A DNA stretch of 64,000 nt from Mobula hypostoma (GCF_963921235.1 NC_086109.1:17610001-17674000), one strand, 5' to 3'. Positions 1 through 13,775 are shown, counted from the stretch's first letter. A program made the numbers and translations. Notes: generated by a model from the sequence alone, not told the origin.

Positions 1-445
1 ACTTATTTGCAGCTACATTACAGGAACACAACATCACAACAAGAAAAGCGTACACACAATTTTAACCAAACACAATTAGAACAAAATAAAAAGCCAATTT
101 TAGTGCAAGGTGATCAAAGCAGTATGGCGTTGCTAAACTGCAGCGATTAGGGTTTTGCCAGTTGGTTCAAGAACTGAATGGTTGAAGGGAAGTAGCTGAT
201 CTTGAACCTGTTGGTGTGGGACTTCCAGCTTCTGCACCTCATGTCTGATGCTAGCTGTGAGAAGATGGCGGAGCCTAAATGGTGGGGATCTTTGATGACA
301 GATATTACTTTCCTGAGGCAGTGCCTCCTGCGGATACTACTAATGGTAGGTAGCAACGTGCCTGTGATGTGTTGGGACTAGTACACTACTTTCTGTAGCT
401 TATGTTCCTGTGCAATGGAGTTGCCATATCAGACCAAGATCAGTC
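1..445 (-). mobile_element. Rex1/Babar-like LINE 3' fragment
   Basis: Minus-strand ORF with IKDPHH...SHTNRFKISYFPSTIQFLN, a C-terminal motif shared with other copies in the window. Confidence 0.6.
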
Positions 446-1589
446 TTCCCTTCTGCCATCAGATTTCATAAACAATACCTATTCTGCTCTCTTTACGCAC
501 TATTGATTTACTTTTCTTTTCAAAATATGCTCTTATTATAACTTATGTTAATTTTTATGATTACATTGCAAAAACAAATTCCACAACATATGTCAGTGAT
601 AATGGCCCAATTCTGGTTCAACCAGTCAGGACACCAAGTACCAATAAATTATGAAAATGGCAGTAACACTGTTGTTCAGGCAACAGAGAAGGACAGAGTC
701 ACTTCAGGCTTCATCAGAACTCAAAGATCGTCCACATGAAAATTTTGATCCATTTCTCTCTCCACAGATATTGTTCTACCTGCCAATACTTGTCTTCCAG
801 TGTCCAGCATCTGAACCTCTTTTGTATTTTCAAATCTCCCCAACTCTGAAGTAGCACACCACAAAGCTTCAAGGGGACATTGCCAAACAGAATTTGATAC
901 TGCCACCATTGGACAGGTGATCAAAGGCATGGCTGGGGGGGTGGGTGAAATCTGGCATGGGAGTGCTCAAGATCAGAAAGATTCAGCTGGGAATTTCAGA
1001 GCCAAGGCTCAGCAGCTGAAGTCACGGCAACAAATGGCTGAGCGATAAAAATCAGAGATGCCTCGGGAGATAGAAACGCAGAGGTCAGGGCATTGGATGA
1101 AGATACAGAGATAATTAATAAGGGCTGGTTAAGAGAACACAGAATAAGAACTTAAAAAAAAAGATTTATTGATGTCCGGGAAGAACAGATGGGGAGAAGA
1201 GCAGTGAAGATTGCTAGGAAGACTGTGAAGGTGCCTATATAATACGCAAGGAAAAAAATGACGATTTACTCAAAACTGAAGGCCTGGTAAACAGATCACA
1301 ACTGCTTTAACCTGTAGTTATGACCTCTCTGTTGAGGCCAAGTGTTTTAAGTGGGGAGTCATTATATATCCTAGGGATATTTTCCACATTCAGCAAATTA
1401 ATTTTGGTGCTTCATTTTTCGACCTTTTAAGAAGTCAACTAAGTGGGACTTGTTATGACAGGGCACCGGCCCCATTCCTTTTCCAACCTTTAAACTTGTG
1501 GTCAAGCTAGATAACAGCCAGGAGGGTAAGGAATACCTAGGGAGTGTTGCAGTGTCAGAGGAACTGTCGACTGTCAGATAAAGATTAGC

Positions 1590-1885
1590 TCTATTTGCCA
1601 CAAGTACATCGAAACCTACAGTGAAATGCACCATTTGCATCAACGACGAACAGAAGTCTGAGGACGTGCTGGGGGCAGCCCGCAAGAATCGCTATGCTTC
1701 TGGCGCCAACATAGCACGCCCACAACTTACTAGCACATACATCTTTGCTACACCGGAGCACCCGGAGGAAAGCCATGCAGTCACAGGGGAGAACATACAA
1801 ACTCCTTACAGACAGTGGCAAAAATTGAACCCCCCTCAAGTCACTAGCGCTGGAAAACACCATGTTAACAGCTACACTACCGCAG
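1590..1885 (-). mobile_element. HE1/V-SINE-like tRNA-derived SINE
   Basis: Core ccggagcacccggaggaaagccatgcagtcacaggggagaacatacaaactccttacaga, the reverse complement of the V-SINE core. Confidence 0.65.
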
Positions 1886-2704
1886 TCAATATTTACACTT
1901 CAATCCACATCGCATGAACAGATTTTCAAAATGGAGAATGTGGGAGCTTGCTATACGCAAAGTAATTGTTTTGTATTCTCTACATCTGCAAAATCAAAAG
2001 CTACTTAAATGAACACAAGGGGCCTTTGGACACATTGAGCCTTTCCAGATTGGGAGCTTTAGAATGCTAACATTTCTGATAAAGAGACCGATGTGAAAAA
2101 TGCTAGAATGCAGGGCTCTGCTGGTTATTCTTTCACACACTGGGACACTTCACAAATCCCAGGACACTGAACCCAGGGGAATCCCTTGTCCCTCAGTTTC
2201 AGAATTTAAAAGTTTAAAAGAAAATATATCAGGTTCTGTGCATTTGACCCAAACTGACAGCCCATCAGGCCATCTCTGGCAAAGCCATCTCTGCATCTGT
2301 CTGAGGTCACAGGCTATTATGCAAACCTTTTTATTGGAGCTTATCAGGGTAGAAACTCAGGGCGGGAATTCCCGCAGAACAAACAGGTCTCCTGGGAAAG
2401 GACCAGGGACTGCAGTGATCCTGAAACCACACACTAAACAAAACCTAATTCAACACCATTGATCCTGGTCACCTTGACAACAGAGGGAGGAAGGCATCTG
2501 GAATGGCGATTAGAGTTTGGCACAAATCCGTGACGCCCTTTTACATGAAGCCAATCAGCTGGGTTGCTTTCGTTTGAAGAGATTCAATGTAAATAGACAC
2601 AGGTCTGTCAGTCAGCCTACGTGCAGCCAAATGACTGACATGTGACTTTTTCAACCAAGAGTCCATCTCTGGTGATGACAGAACAGCTTGCATTTTCCAC
2701 CTTT

Positions 2705-3330
2705 GTATTCCTAGAATATAAAAGCAAGGATGTAACGCTGAGGCTTTATAAGGCATTGGTTAGACTGCACGAGGAGTATTGTGACCAGTTTTGAATTTGG
2801 GCCCCTTATCTAAGAAAGGATGTGTTAGTGTTGGAGAGGTTCTAGAGGAGGTTCATGAGAATGATCCTGGGAATGAAAGGGTTAATGTACAAGGAGAATT
2901 TTGTGACTCTGGGAGTATACTCACTTGAGTTTAGATGAATAAGGGGGAATGGATCTTCTGAAACCTGTTGAATATTGTAAAGCCTAGATAGAGTGGCGTA
3001 AAGGTGGAGATTATATTTCCTACAGTAGGATCAGAGGGCACAGCCTCAGGATGGAAGGAAGTCCCTTCAGAACAAAGATGAGAAGGAATTTCCTTAGCCA
3101 GAGAGTGGTGAATCTGTGGAATTCATTGCCACAGGCAGCTGTGGAGACCAAATCATCAGGTATATTTAGTTGGGGGTTGATAGGTTCTTGATTAGTAAAG
3201 GAGTTCAAGGTTATGGGGAGAAGGCAGGAGAATGGGGTTGGGAGGGATAATAAATCAGTCACGTTGGAATGGGAGAGTAGACTCGATAGGCTGAATGGTC
3301 TAATTCTGCTCCCGATATCTTATGGTCTTC
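2705..3330 (+). mobile_element. CR1 LINE 3' fragment
   Basis: Degenerate RLYKALVRLHEEYCDQF motif, CR1 3' end and a tcttatggtct tail. Confidence 0.75.
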
Positions 3331-3652
3331 GTTCCTCAGCACTTCACAGGTGTAGTTATTAAACAAAGCCTTGCCATACATTGGATAAGATGACCAAAAA
3401 TCCAGAGGAAGAGGTAGGTTTCAAGGATCATCTGCAAGGGAGGCAGGTGGAGATGCAAAGTTTTGAGAAAGAAATGCCAGATTTTGAGAAAGACATGCCA
3501 GAGCTTAAATCCTAGGTTGGTACGTTCATGGCTAGCTATGGTGGAGTGATCAACACAAGAAGTACATCAGAACTGGAGGAGACCAGGGATGGAGAGAATG
3601 ACAAAGGTAGCAAAGGGAATAGCAAACTGGGGATTTAAGGCAGCTGAGAAAA

Positions 3653-3790
3653 TCTGACCAAGGTCTTGGCCTGAAATGTTGACTGTTTATTCCTTTTAAT
3701 AGAAGACACCTGACCTGCTGAGTTCCTACAGCATTGTGTGTGCGTGTTGCTCTGGATTTCCGGCATCTGCAGAACTTCTTGTGTTTCTGA
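3653..3790 (+). mobile_element. Penelope-derived terminal repeat with degenerate hammerhead motif
   Basis: ctgaccaaggtcttggcctgaaatgttgactg...cctgacctgctgagttcctacagcatt, homologous to the other copies. Confidence 0.6.
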
Positions 3791-4119
3791 TAAAAATTAT
3801 AGATTAGATTACACCAGGGTGTGATGAATTTCTTTGTTCACATGAAGCTCAGAGTAAACATGGCTGTAATCAGTATAACAAGACCGGAGCAGCGCGGGTT
3901 AGTGAATATCGGGGCAATGACTGAAACTGGTCAGAGGAACCTGCCAAGACTCACAGAGCAGGACTCGCTGACAGATTGAGACCAAGTACAGATGAGTGTG
4001 CAAAAGCATAATGACAATTTAAAAAGGAATGGTGAACGCTGGAAATACCAGGCATTGGTGAAGACCAAGTCTGATATTAGTTTGCCCTTTTCTTTACAGG
4101 CTAAATTATCCCAGCAGCA

Positions 4120-5012
4120 TCAATCAGGTTTATGACCACAGACAGGTCGTGAAATATGTTGTTTTATGACAGCAGTACAGTGAAATACATAAAAAGTACT
4201 ATAAATTGCAATAAAAAATACAGTGGATTCCAGTTAATTGGGACACATCAGGACCAGTACATTCTGGCCCAATTAAGTGGCTTCCCCACATTTCATGAAA
4301 ATAGTTAAAAATAGGTATATAAAAAAAGACAAATACCATTAACCGAGTAACAAATAATGCATTTAAATAAAATACAGAACAAATTAGAACACTACCAGTG
4401 CTATTACGGTACTATAACACTGCGTATTAGTTCCTGATAGTTATTGACGGAGGAATTCATCCAGTATACACTGTCGTGTTCTTTTGATTGACTGTAAATG
4501 AACAAAATCAGTGGAGACTCCTATTGTAGATAATGCCTTTGACTATCGCATCCTCCAAACATTCATTTTTGTTGTAACATGCAAGATGATTGTTGACACC
4601 TTCAAATTCTTCATAGTGATTTCAAATTCAGCAAAGTGACTTCATTTTACACTCCTGGCCGTTTCCGATATCTCCATGGTTGAAACTGCAGTGAGCAAAA
4701 CTGTCCTGAATTGTCTTACTGCCTATTTCTCGCCAACTACCAGTGACAAAAATCACTGCTCACCGAACACACACAACCGATGCTACGTAAAAATGCTTCC
4801 CTCTAAGCATGGTGTAGGATCTAACTACCACAAAAGTGCATGTGACTGACACTAGTTAGAAAAACGTTTACTGTTCTAATTAAGTAACATAGTGCGCCAA
4901 ATAAATGAAGGGAATTTCACTACTTTCTGGATTTGTTTTGTTCTTTAAGATTTGCCCAAATAAGCAGCTGCCTCACTTAACCACTGGCCCAATTAACAAT
5001 TGGAATCCACTT

Positions 5013-5044
<32 letters not shown>

Positions 5045-5210
5045 AATTAAATAGAGAACGAAAATAGTGAGGTAGTGTTCGTGGGTTCATAGTCGATTCA
5101 GCAATTTGATGGTAGAGGGAAAAAACCTGTTCTTGAAATGTCGAGTGTGTCTTCAGGCTAACATACCTCCTCTCTGATGGTAGTAATGAGAAGAGGGCAT
5201 GCCCTGGATT
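4120..5210 (-). mobile_element. Rex1/Babar-like 3' UTR fragment interrupted by the Tigger element
   Basis: Sequence on both sides (4120-4220 and 5040-5210) matches contiguous parts of other copies, such as 41007-41300. Confidence 0.6.
4221..5012 (-). mobile_element. Tigger/pogo-like internally deleted DNA transposon
   Basis: TIRs CAGTGGATTCCAGTTAATTGGG and CCCAATTAACAATTGGAATCCACT, with TA on both sides. A transposase remnant is present on the minus strand (SWREIGSKTIQDSFAHCSF). Confidence 0.75.
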
Positions 5211-6109
5211 TTAACTCTAAATCCTCTATAGTGTGAAGTGAAGTGGAAATTCTTAGCCAACGTCACTTAACCTAGTTTTGATTGATAAAGTGTGAATCAA
5301 ATGAGGCATGGTCAATTCAAGAGCTGGAACTGGAGCCTGGAAATTCCCCTACCCACAGCCTTCAATGCTGAATGGCCCTGCCTTAATTCTGGGTGTTTTT
5401 ATCCTGGATCATCTAACCAGCCTGACAGCATGCCCTTGATTCAACACCAGACAGTTTAGCAATCAAGAAGCAGCTGATACAACAGACTGATCTCCTGATT
5501 TAGAGGCACAAGCTCGAATCCAGCCGCAACAACTGGGAACTTAAAAACTTAAGTGTTTTTTTTAACGTACTTAAACTTAAATACATTTTAATAAGTTTGT
5601 TTAAATTGTGGGGTTTTTTTTATGCTGCATCGGATTGAGTGTAACAATCATTTTGTTCTCCTTCACACTTGTATACTGAAGAATGACAATAAACAATCTT
5701 GAAATTCAAGTCTTCAAATAGCATTTATTACTAGGTTGGGTGACTATGAAACATTTGGGTTGTTATAACATCCCAACAGCTTGACTTAGTGACCCTTTGG
5801 GGATGGAAATCCAGCAACTTCCAGGATTACTCATGATACCCCACCTGTTTTGTCAATTTTTTTAAAAAAAATTCATTTACGGGAAGTGGGCATTGTCAGC
5901 TGAGCCAGCATTTATTGCCCAACCCTAGTTGCCCTTGAAGAGGTGGTGATGAGCTGCCTTCTTGAACCACTCAGTCCCTGAGGTGTAGATTCACCCACAG
6001 TGCTGTTTGGAACATAGAATATTTGATGGCATAAAACACACTTCAGCTCATTGTGTCTATGTTAGCATAATCCTAAATCCCTGGCACTACAGGTCAAAAC
6101 TCTTTGAAG

Positions 6110-6420
6110 ACAATCAGCTTTATTTGTCGTATGTACATCAAAATATTGAAACATACAGTGATGCATCATTTTGCATCGAAGGATTGTGCAGGGAGCAGCC
6201 AGCAAGTATCGCCACGCCTCTGGCGTCAACATTGCATACCCACAACTTACTAACCCCAACTGGTACGTCGTTGGAATGCGAGGGGAAACCCAGAGAGAGT
6301 CAACGTGGTCGCAGGGAGAGTGGACGAGCTGCTTATGGACGGCGGTGGGAATCAAACCCTGGTCGGTCACCGCTGGCATTGCAAAGCGATTGCGCTAACC
6401 TCTACATGACCGCGCCACCC
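6110..6420 (-). mobile_element. HE1/V-SINE-like SINE
   Basis: Core and tail homologous to 1590-1885. Confidence 0.6.
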
Positions 6421-9400
6421 TGTTGCTGCCACCGACTTTGGAATCCAAACTTGATCCAGGTTCCTCAGAATTTTGTACACCTGAGGTACATCTCCCATCA
6501 CCCTCTTCCATTTAAAGAGAGCAGCCCTAGTCCATCCTGACTCTGTAAAGAGATTTACACCCCTTAAATCCTCCCTTGCACCTGCTCCAGTTCTTTCCCA
6601 TCACATTTTGATGATCATAAGACTTAAAATAATTTTCAACCCCCTCATGCCGTGTTCCCCACCCCCCACCACACACCCCGAATTTCCAAGACATGAATAA
6701 GGTCTCGCAGCACCCTTTCTCCTTTAGAGACGCCGACCAGGCACACAAAGGCTGCCCCAGTCTCTTTGGTCTGGCCTAAACATTCATCTTTTGTCTCCAA
6801 AGCCGATTCAGCTTAGGGGGGGGGAAAGAAAAAAGAGAGAAAAACGTCAGTGCTCAACAGTTCACTGCAGGAGACGGCATGCATCATCAGTAATCATCCC
6901 ACAGAGAGAATTCAGATTCAGGTCGTTTGTGTCTGAGTTGGAGGAGGAGAGCATTATTGGGTCAGGCAGGAGGGAGTGAGGGGGTGCAGCACTGTGGAAT
7001 TCAGGCTGAGCAGCAGCTGACCCACGTGGTTACTCCTCTAAGTGGATTTCAAGGAATCAGCCTTCACAGGGGATGCGTTTGTGCACTGATGCGTGATGTG
7101 TTACTTATTAAAGACCACAGAGTGGAAAAAAAAGGTTTGTAAAAAGATAAAGCAACAGTCTGTACAGGAGGAGGGGGGGAAAAAAAAAACACCAAAGTGG
7201 GAAAGTGGTAATGTCTGTGTAAGCAATACAGAGAAAAACTAGACTACAGACAGCGAGTTCTGAAAAAGTCAGTAAATGCAGAATAGCCAGGACATCCTCG
7301 AGTTCTATCATTTAATCAGTCTCTCGTGGTCACTGAAGTGATTAAAAGCAAAATGCTGCAGATGTTGGGTATTGGAAATAATGAGAAAACGCTGGTGGTC
7401 ATGGTTTTGCACTGCATCGCACTCTCTCTGTAACGTTAACACTACGCATTCTGCTATTGAGATAGGGCAAAGAGAAAAGCGATGTACTGATGAGATGCAG
7501 TGCTGCATGTGGATTACGTGCAGAGCAACGTTTTCCTCTGTACACTGGCACATGTGACAGTAATAAACCAATTTACCAGTCTTTGTTTTAAATGTACACG
7601 ACGGCAGAGCCTCCTGAGCCCATTGGGGGAGGGAATTCCAAAGTTCTACATCCTATGGCTGAAGAAATGTCTCCCTGTTTCATTCCTGAATGGTCTACTC
7701 CTGACTCTGCAACTGGCACCCCTGGAAAAGTATTCGGCCTGCAACGACAAGACCACCTCTCATTCTTCCAAACTTTGGAGGACAAGTCTCCCCTCATGGC
7801 AAACCCATGAGTCTGGTGAAAATGCACTTTTCCCACTCAGAGACAAGACTGACAAGAGAGAACTGCGACACACTCCTGTCTGAAGAAGAACGGTGTAGCA
7901 GGCGGCTGGTTTATTCTCCATATTTACCTGTGATAAAGAACACAGTCTGACCACATGCCATCAAAGTCACTAAGACAGAATATATAGAAGGGGAAGCAGA
8001 GGGGATTTAATAAACAGTGCTTAAAGAGAGGCACACTGAGGCAGAGGGCTGCCTGACAACATCAGGGACTCCGTGCTTTAGGAAAAAAAGGCAGCTGCTT
8101 TGAAGTACAAACAAAACCCTAAAATGTATTCCAAATGTTAACTGCTTTTTTCTTCTCCCAATTCATTCTTGGGATGTCAACACAGCTGACAAGCAAGTGT
8201 TTATTGTCCATCCCTACCTGACCTAGAGGAGGTGCTGGTAAGCCATCACCTTGAACAGTTGCTGAAGCAGGGTTCTTTTTTTGATATTGAACTGATATAA
8301 ACAGATTTTTTTTCAATATAAAAATAAACTTTATTGGTAATTTTTAAAAATATTTACAAAGATAAACTGTGCAATGCTTTTCTGTTCTTGCATTCATAGT
8401 CAATGCCTTCAGTGCTGTTTTGTGACATTTGTTAAAACCAATGGGACTGTTGCCATTCGTGGGTTCACTGTGCTACAAACCGCCACGCAGTGTGCACGTG
8501 TTACACTACCGTGGCTCTTCTCAAATCTCACCAGAATGCTTCACCACCTCGTGTAACCTCTTAGCTGAAACTCTGGGGCAGCAGTAATCAGGAGAGACAC
8601 AGGAGTGACTTCTGGTTAAAGTTCACTCGCACTGGCTTGTTTTCTTTTAAAATAGGCCATTACGCAAGAGGACGTTGATTTGCTGGTTTCAGTATTTCAA
8701 AATTAAACATCTTCTATTGGGCGTCAGCAAGCAGGTGGAAACCAAACTCCTGAATCGATCAATTTTCCTCCCTGCCAGCCTGCATTCTCGTATGTATGTC
8801 TGCCAGATTAAACGTTCCCCCTGAGCAAACAAGCACTGGCCAGCTCTAACCAACAGGGCTGCAGGGCTAATTGTCATGGATTTAACTCCAGTATCTGCCT
8901 TGTGCAAATATTTATGAGAACATTTATAAAAAAGCTATACAGCTTCACTGCTCTGTAAGCTTGTGACCATCTTGGAACCCGAATTGCTGTGTTCCACCAG
9001 CATTTTGTGCGTTACTGTAGGTTGCCAGCATCTGCAGAATATCACAATCATGATAAGCCCAATTTCTACATTATTTCCTCACCCGCCCTGCTCCTCATCC
9101 CAAATCCTGATGGAACAACTCACCCCAAACAGTAGGAGAACGCCTTGGTGTAACATTTTGTATCTCACTGATTATCAAGTGGAATCGTCAAATTAAATAC
9201 AAATTTATATATTATTGTTGGATCTCTACCGAATACAAAATAATATTCAAATTATAAAATTCAACATATAATAGTCAAAAAACTATTTTTATCCTTACAT
9301 TTAGTTGCATTTCCTGTACTCATACCTCGTTCTCACTCTGTAGGACGACCAGATGATTGCATCTATAATCACCTTCACAAATACTTTGAATCGTGCAATT

Positions 9401-12400
9401 TCCGACAAGCAACTGTGAGTTTCAGCAGTGCAGGGAAAGGCCATGGCCAAGTTTAACCTGCATCGTTCCCTGCACTCGACCTCTTGCACAGAGCACTCCA
9501 AGCGCCACTCTTGCCGAGTCAGGGTTTGCTGGGACACGCCTGGGAATAATGAGCCATCTTCGGCAGGCTCACCACCAGACTAATCGAAGTCAAGGACACT
9601 TGGTGCTTCTTGCGTTTACAAGTGATCACTTAATCTCGGCTGCTCCTGGGATTGACATACCTCACCCTTCTCAAAGAGGTCTCAGAATTCCTGAATGAGA
9701 CCAGTCCCTGCTTCTTCAAGATGGCTGGTCCACCCACTTTGACAAGGCTATGGAGGAATCTCCAAAGCAAAGAAAAAAAAATAAGTGAAGAAATAACTGA
9801 AAGGTTAAAACTGCCCAAGGTGGTCCTCCGAATCTGTTGCTCGCAATTGATTATTTTTTCTTTAACTGGACACAGAATATATTAACAAAGATCAGCCAGC
9901 ATTCTCCACTGCCACTATCCTTAACTATTCCCATGCTACCAAAAGCATTTCCATCCATCCAATGATACAAACCTTTTATCAGTTAACCGCACCACAGTTC
10001 AACTTCATTGGGACCCATTGCCCAATTGGACAAGGCACTGATGTTTTTTCATGTGATTACACTATCATTTATAGGATTATCAATGGTTATCAAATGATAC
10101 CTGGCAGCTGTCCTGGAGGCTACAGTTACAGCCTTACAATTACATGTTGCCTTTCACGAGATGAGAATTAGACAAAGCACTTCTCAGCAGAATGAAGGTG
10201 TTTTGGGGTACAGTATCATTGTGGCACAGGGAACGTGACAACAGTGTGCTCCCACAGTAAATACCAGATAACCTGTGGTGGTGATTGATCATTACCTACT
10301 CTGAAATGGTACCAGGGAGTTCTAGCTCATTATCCGGTTCAGAGTGAGTAAAAATAAACAGCACCTCTGGCAGTGCAGCACTCCCACAATACTGGAGTAA
10401 CAGCTGAGAGTTTTGTGGACAGGCCACCGATTCATAGTCGCAAACATGCAATCTCCTAGCTCATGGATCCGTGCGGTTCCCAGTGAGCCGGGACCAACAG
10501 AGGACGTTGCTGTGGATCTACAAGGTGAACTTTAGCCATGAAAATGGGAACGGTGGAAGACCTCAGTCAGTCAAGCAGCACTTGTGGAAGGAGAAACTAT
10601 ACAGCAACCCTTCTTCAGAACTTTAGTCATGGTGAGCCTCCAGCCTGGAGTCTGCCAAGGTCCACACAAGGATGCCTCCAGGTTTAATCTCTTTGTGGAG
10701 AGTGATGAGGGAGCTTTGAACTACTCTTGGATAAATGGGGAGGAAAACTTTCCCCAAAGTACACAACAGACACCATAACACTAGGCGCAGTATTTCCACA
10801 AATCTTTGAGCAGATGATGCAAGAACAGAATCAGCTCAAGTGCGCCAAAGGCATCCCCGAAATTGCTTCAAGTGCTCGTCTTCAGATGTATGCTAGAGTA
10901 GACTATTTGACCCTATTTGTGCGCTTCTGTAGGTCAACTAGCCGACTCTAGCGCACACCTGAAAAACGGACATTGGAACCAATTTTTCAAACCAAGAATG
11001 GACTCTGAACCAATTTCAGGGACGTCGAACTTGACGAGCATCTTAGCCCAGCAGCGTAAAACTGGGGAGACAGTCGTCAGTTTTCCCCCCTTCATCATCC
11101 AATTCAGGGCACTCTGTGAGCAGCCTGGCAACTGATTAACTGTAATTGCACGAGAGGGACATTTTATTGCTCGTTACTTATTTGCTGATATTACATTTCA
11201 GTTATGCATTCTACACCAGAACAGCCTTTTACGATGCAGTTCTGGCAGTTTTTATTTGCAAACGAGATCAAAGGTTTAATGTCTCTGCGTTTGATACCAA
11301 TCCAGAGCAAAAATAGAATTGAGAAGAAGTGAACAATGTGGTATTGTTTCCTGGTTACCTTGGTCAAGGCCATGAATTTTTCAGATGCCCTGTAATAAAA
11401 ATAGGAACTAAAGGACAACTTACGGAGGAACCGCGAGCTTTATAGCCTCACATTCCTGCTTACCAATCACTTACATCATGGAATAGTACAGCACAGAAAC
11501 AGGCCAGTTGGCCACCACATCCTTGCCAACCTTTTGTTCCCATCCACAAAAAAACCCATTTACCCGCATTAAGGACCATATCTTAATTCTACCTACCAGT
11601 TGTGGTTCCACATCCCAATACGTGTTTCTATAGAAATGATATCGGTATCAGTTTTTTTAATATAAAGTATTTTAATTAATTCCTGGTCTCAGTTTTCTTT
11701 TGAGAGGGTGGGAAAACCAGACCCACATTTTCACTCCCCCAAGGAGGGCTTCTGGTGAATAGATATTTTTCAGGATAGATTAATTTGTGTCCACTGTTAC
11801 ATTATTCTGGGGCTGACATGTGTATAGAGGACTTTGCTGTGAATCTACAGGCGAACTTTAGCCATGGAAAGATTGCTGGGATATGCAATGAAAACAGGAA
11901 AGGTGGAAGGAGAAACCAGTCAGCAACCCTTTGTCAGAACTTTAGTCACAGTGAGCCTCCAGCCTCGAGTCTGCTGAGGAAGGTGCCCATCATCGTAATG
12001 CCGAGGTTTAGATGAGGATGCTTCCAGGTTGAATCTCTGTGGAGATCTGCTACACTGAGCGCATCGTAGTTAAGCTCTGCATCACGTGGCATTCAGGAAG
12101 GCCCCCCCCACAGACTGGACCGCTGAGTCAGCAACCCAATTTCTGATCAAGCCTTTGACGAAGCTAAACAAGTTGATGCACCAAAATCCACCTCATACCA
12201 GGGAGATTGCAAAGGATGCAGTACCAGAGATCTGACACATGGCGAATCCAACTAGTCTGGGAGAAATTAATGAACTTATGGCCGTTTCCTAGAGCCCTTA
12301 GGAATTCCCCCTCACCTCTTGTCTGGCTCTGGGGTCTGAATGAGATCAGTTACTCCAGTGACTCTGCAGCTCGTTATTTGTTAACCATGAGGCTCCCAGG

Positions 12401-13319
12401 ATGGTAGAAGGCAGATAAGTCTAGACCTCTTTCTTTGTCAAGCACTGCTTAATTTCCCCATAAGGGATTTGGCAGATTCAAGCCATCTTCAGATGGGTGT
12501 TAATAGGTAATTGGAAACCCCTAAACCCCACTCAGACCTGCTTTCTGTTTACATTGCACAGATTTAGCACTAGCCCACCAAGATATCTCTCACTCTCTTC
12601 GCCTTTTCAAATATGTCGGACTCCATGTTTCCAAACTAGGATTTCTCATTAGAAAAAGACAGGAGTCTCTAAATATAAATACAACAAATATACATATAAA
12701 TCTAAATATATAAAAAAAGAGAGAGCTCAGAAATCTGATGACCTGAGGTATTTTTAACATGAAGAACTAAGAAAGGTTGGTGAACTATCCCTCCCTCGGG
12801 TCAATGTGCAGCACTACAAATGTATCTTAATTATACGACACTGTAATTGAACTTTCTCCAAAGTGAAAGCAGGCTTCAGAACCAGAACGGGTGCGGAGTT
12901 AATCAGTACGTTTACCTGCTCTCCATGTTCTTTGCCATCCCTCTCCCATGTTTAACGAACAGTCTGCCTTTCACACAGCTGCACCTGTTTGAATAATCTC
13001 ATCCAGGGCTCCCATCCAGAAAAGCACCAACTCAATGAGGGCACTGTTGTGAGAACCCCTGTGATCACACAGGCCAACTGACATAGTGCTAGGGGGCAGC
13101 GTCTCTCCAGCGAGTACAAAAGAGCCGCTGAACACTGCCTGGGTACTGCATTTATCTGAGCAGTAATAAAAATTCCACCATTTGATTAAGTTGTAAAGAT
13201 AAATATCTAGTGTATTATTTCTAAACCACTATGTAACTATTAAAGTAAATGATAATAGATAATCTATATAGAAAGACATTTATAAGCAGTAGAAAAATTG
13301 CTGATTTATATTTTCCAAC

Positions 13320-13775
13320 TTCAAAGTAAATTTTATTATCGAAGTCCAAATCATATACAACCCTGAGATTTATTTTCCTGTGGGCATACTCAGTAAATCT
13401 ATAGAATAATAAGTATAACAGCATCAATGAAGGACCGCCCAACTACAGCATTGTACCGGTGTGCAAAAGATGACAAACTGTACAAAGAGAAAAAGAGGAA
13501 ATAATAATAATAAATAAAAAAAACAATATATATCGAGAACATGAGACGAAGAGTCCTTGAAAGTGAGCCCATTGGTTGCAGGAACGTTTCACTGATGGGA
13601 CATGTGAAGCTATCCCCTTTGGTTTAAGAGCCTGATGGCTGAAGGGTAGTAACTGTTCCTGAATCTGGTGGAGAGAGTCCTGAGACCCTTGTTCCTGATA
13701 GTAGCAGTGAGAAGGGAGCACGTCCTGGGTGATGGGGTTCCCCGATGATGAATGCTGCTTTCCTGCAACAGTTTC
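13320..13775 (-). mobile_element. Rex1/Babar-like LINE 3' fragment
   Basis: TRFRNSYYPSAIRLLN motif, plus a 3' UTR ending in an AATAAA and tttgaa tail. Confidence 0.65.

Noticed and set aside
11359..11389. Possible 31-nt minus-strand microexon (tacag|GGCATC...CCAAG|gtaacc)
   Set aside because: No NUAK similarity, it would shift the frame, and such matches occur by chance.
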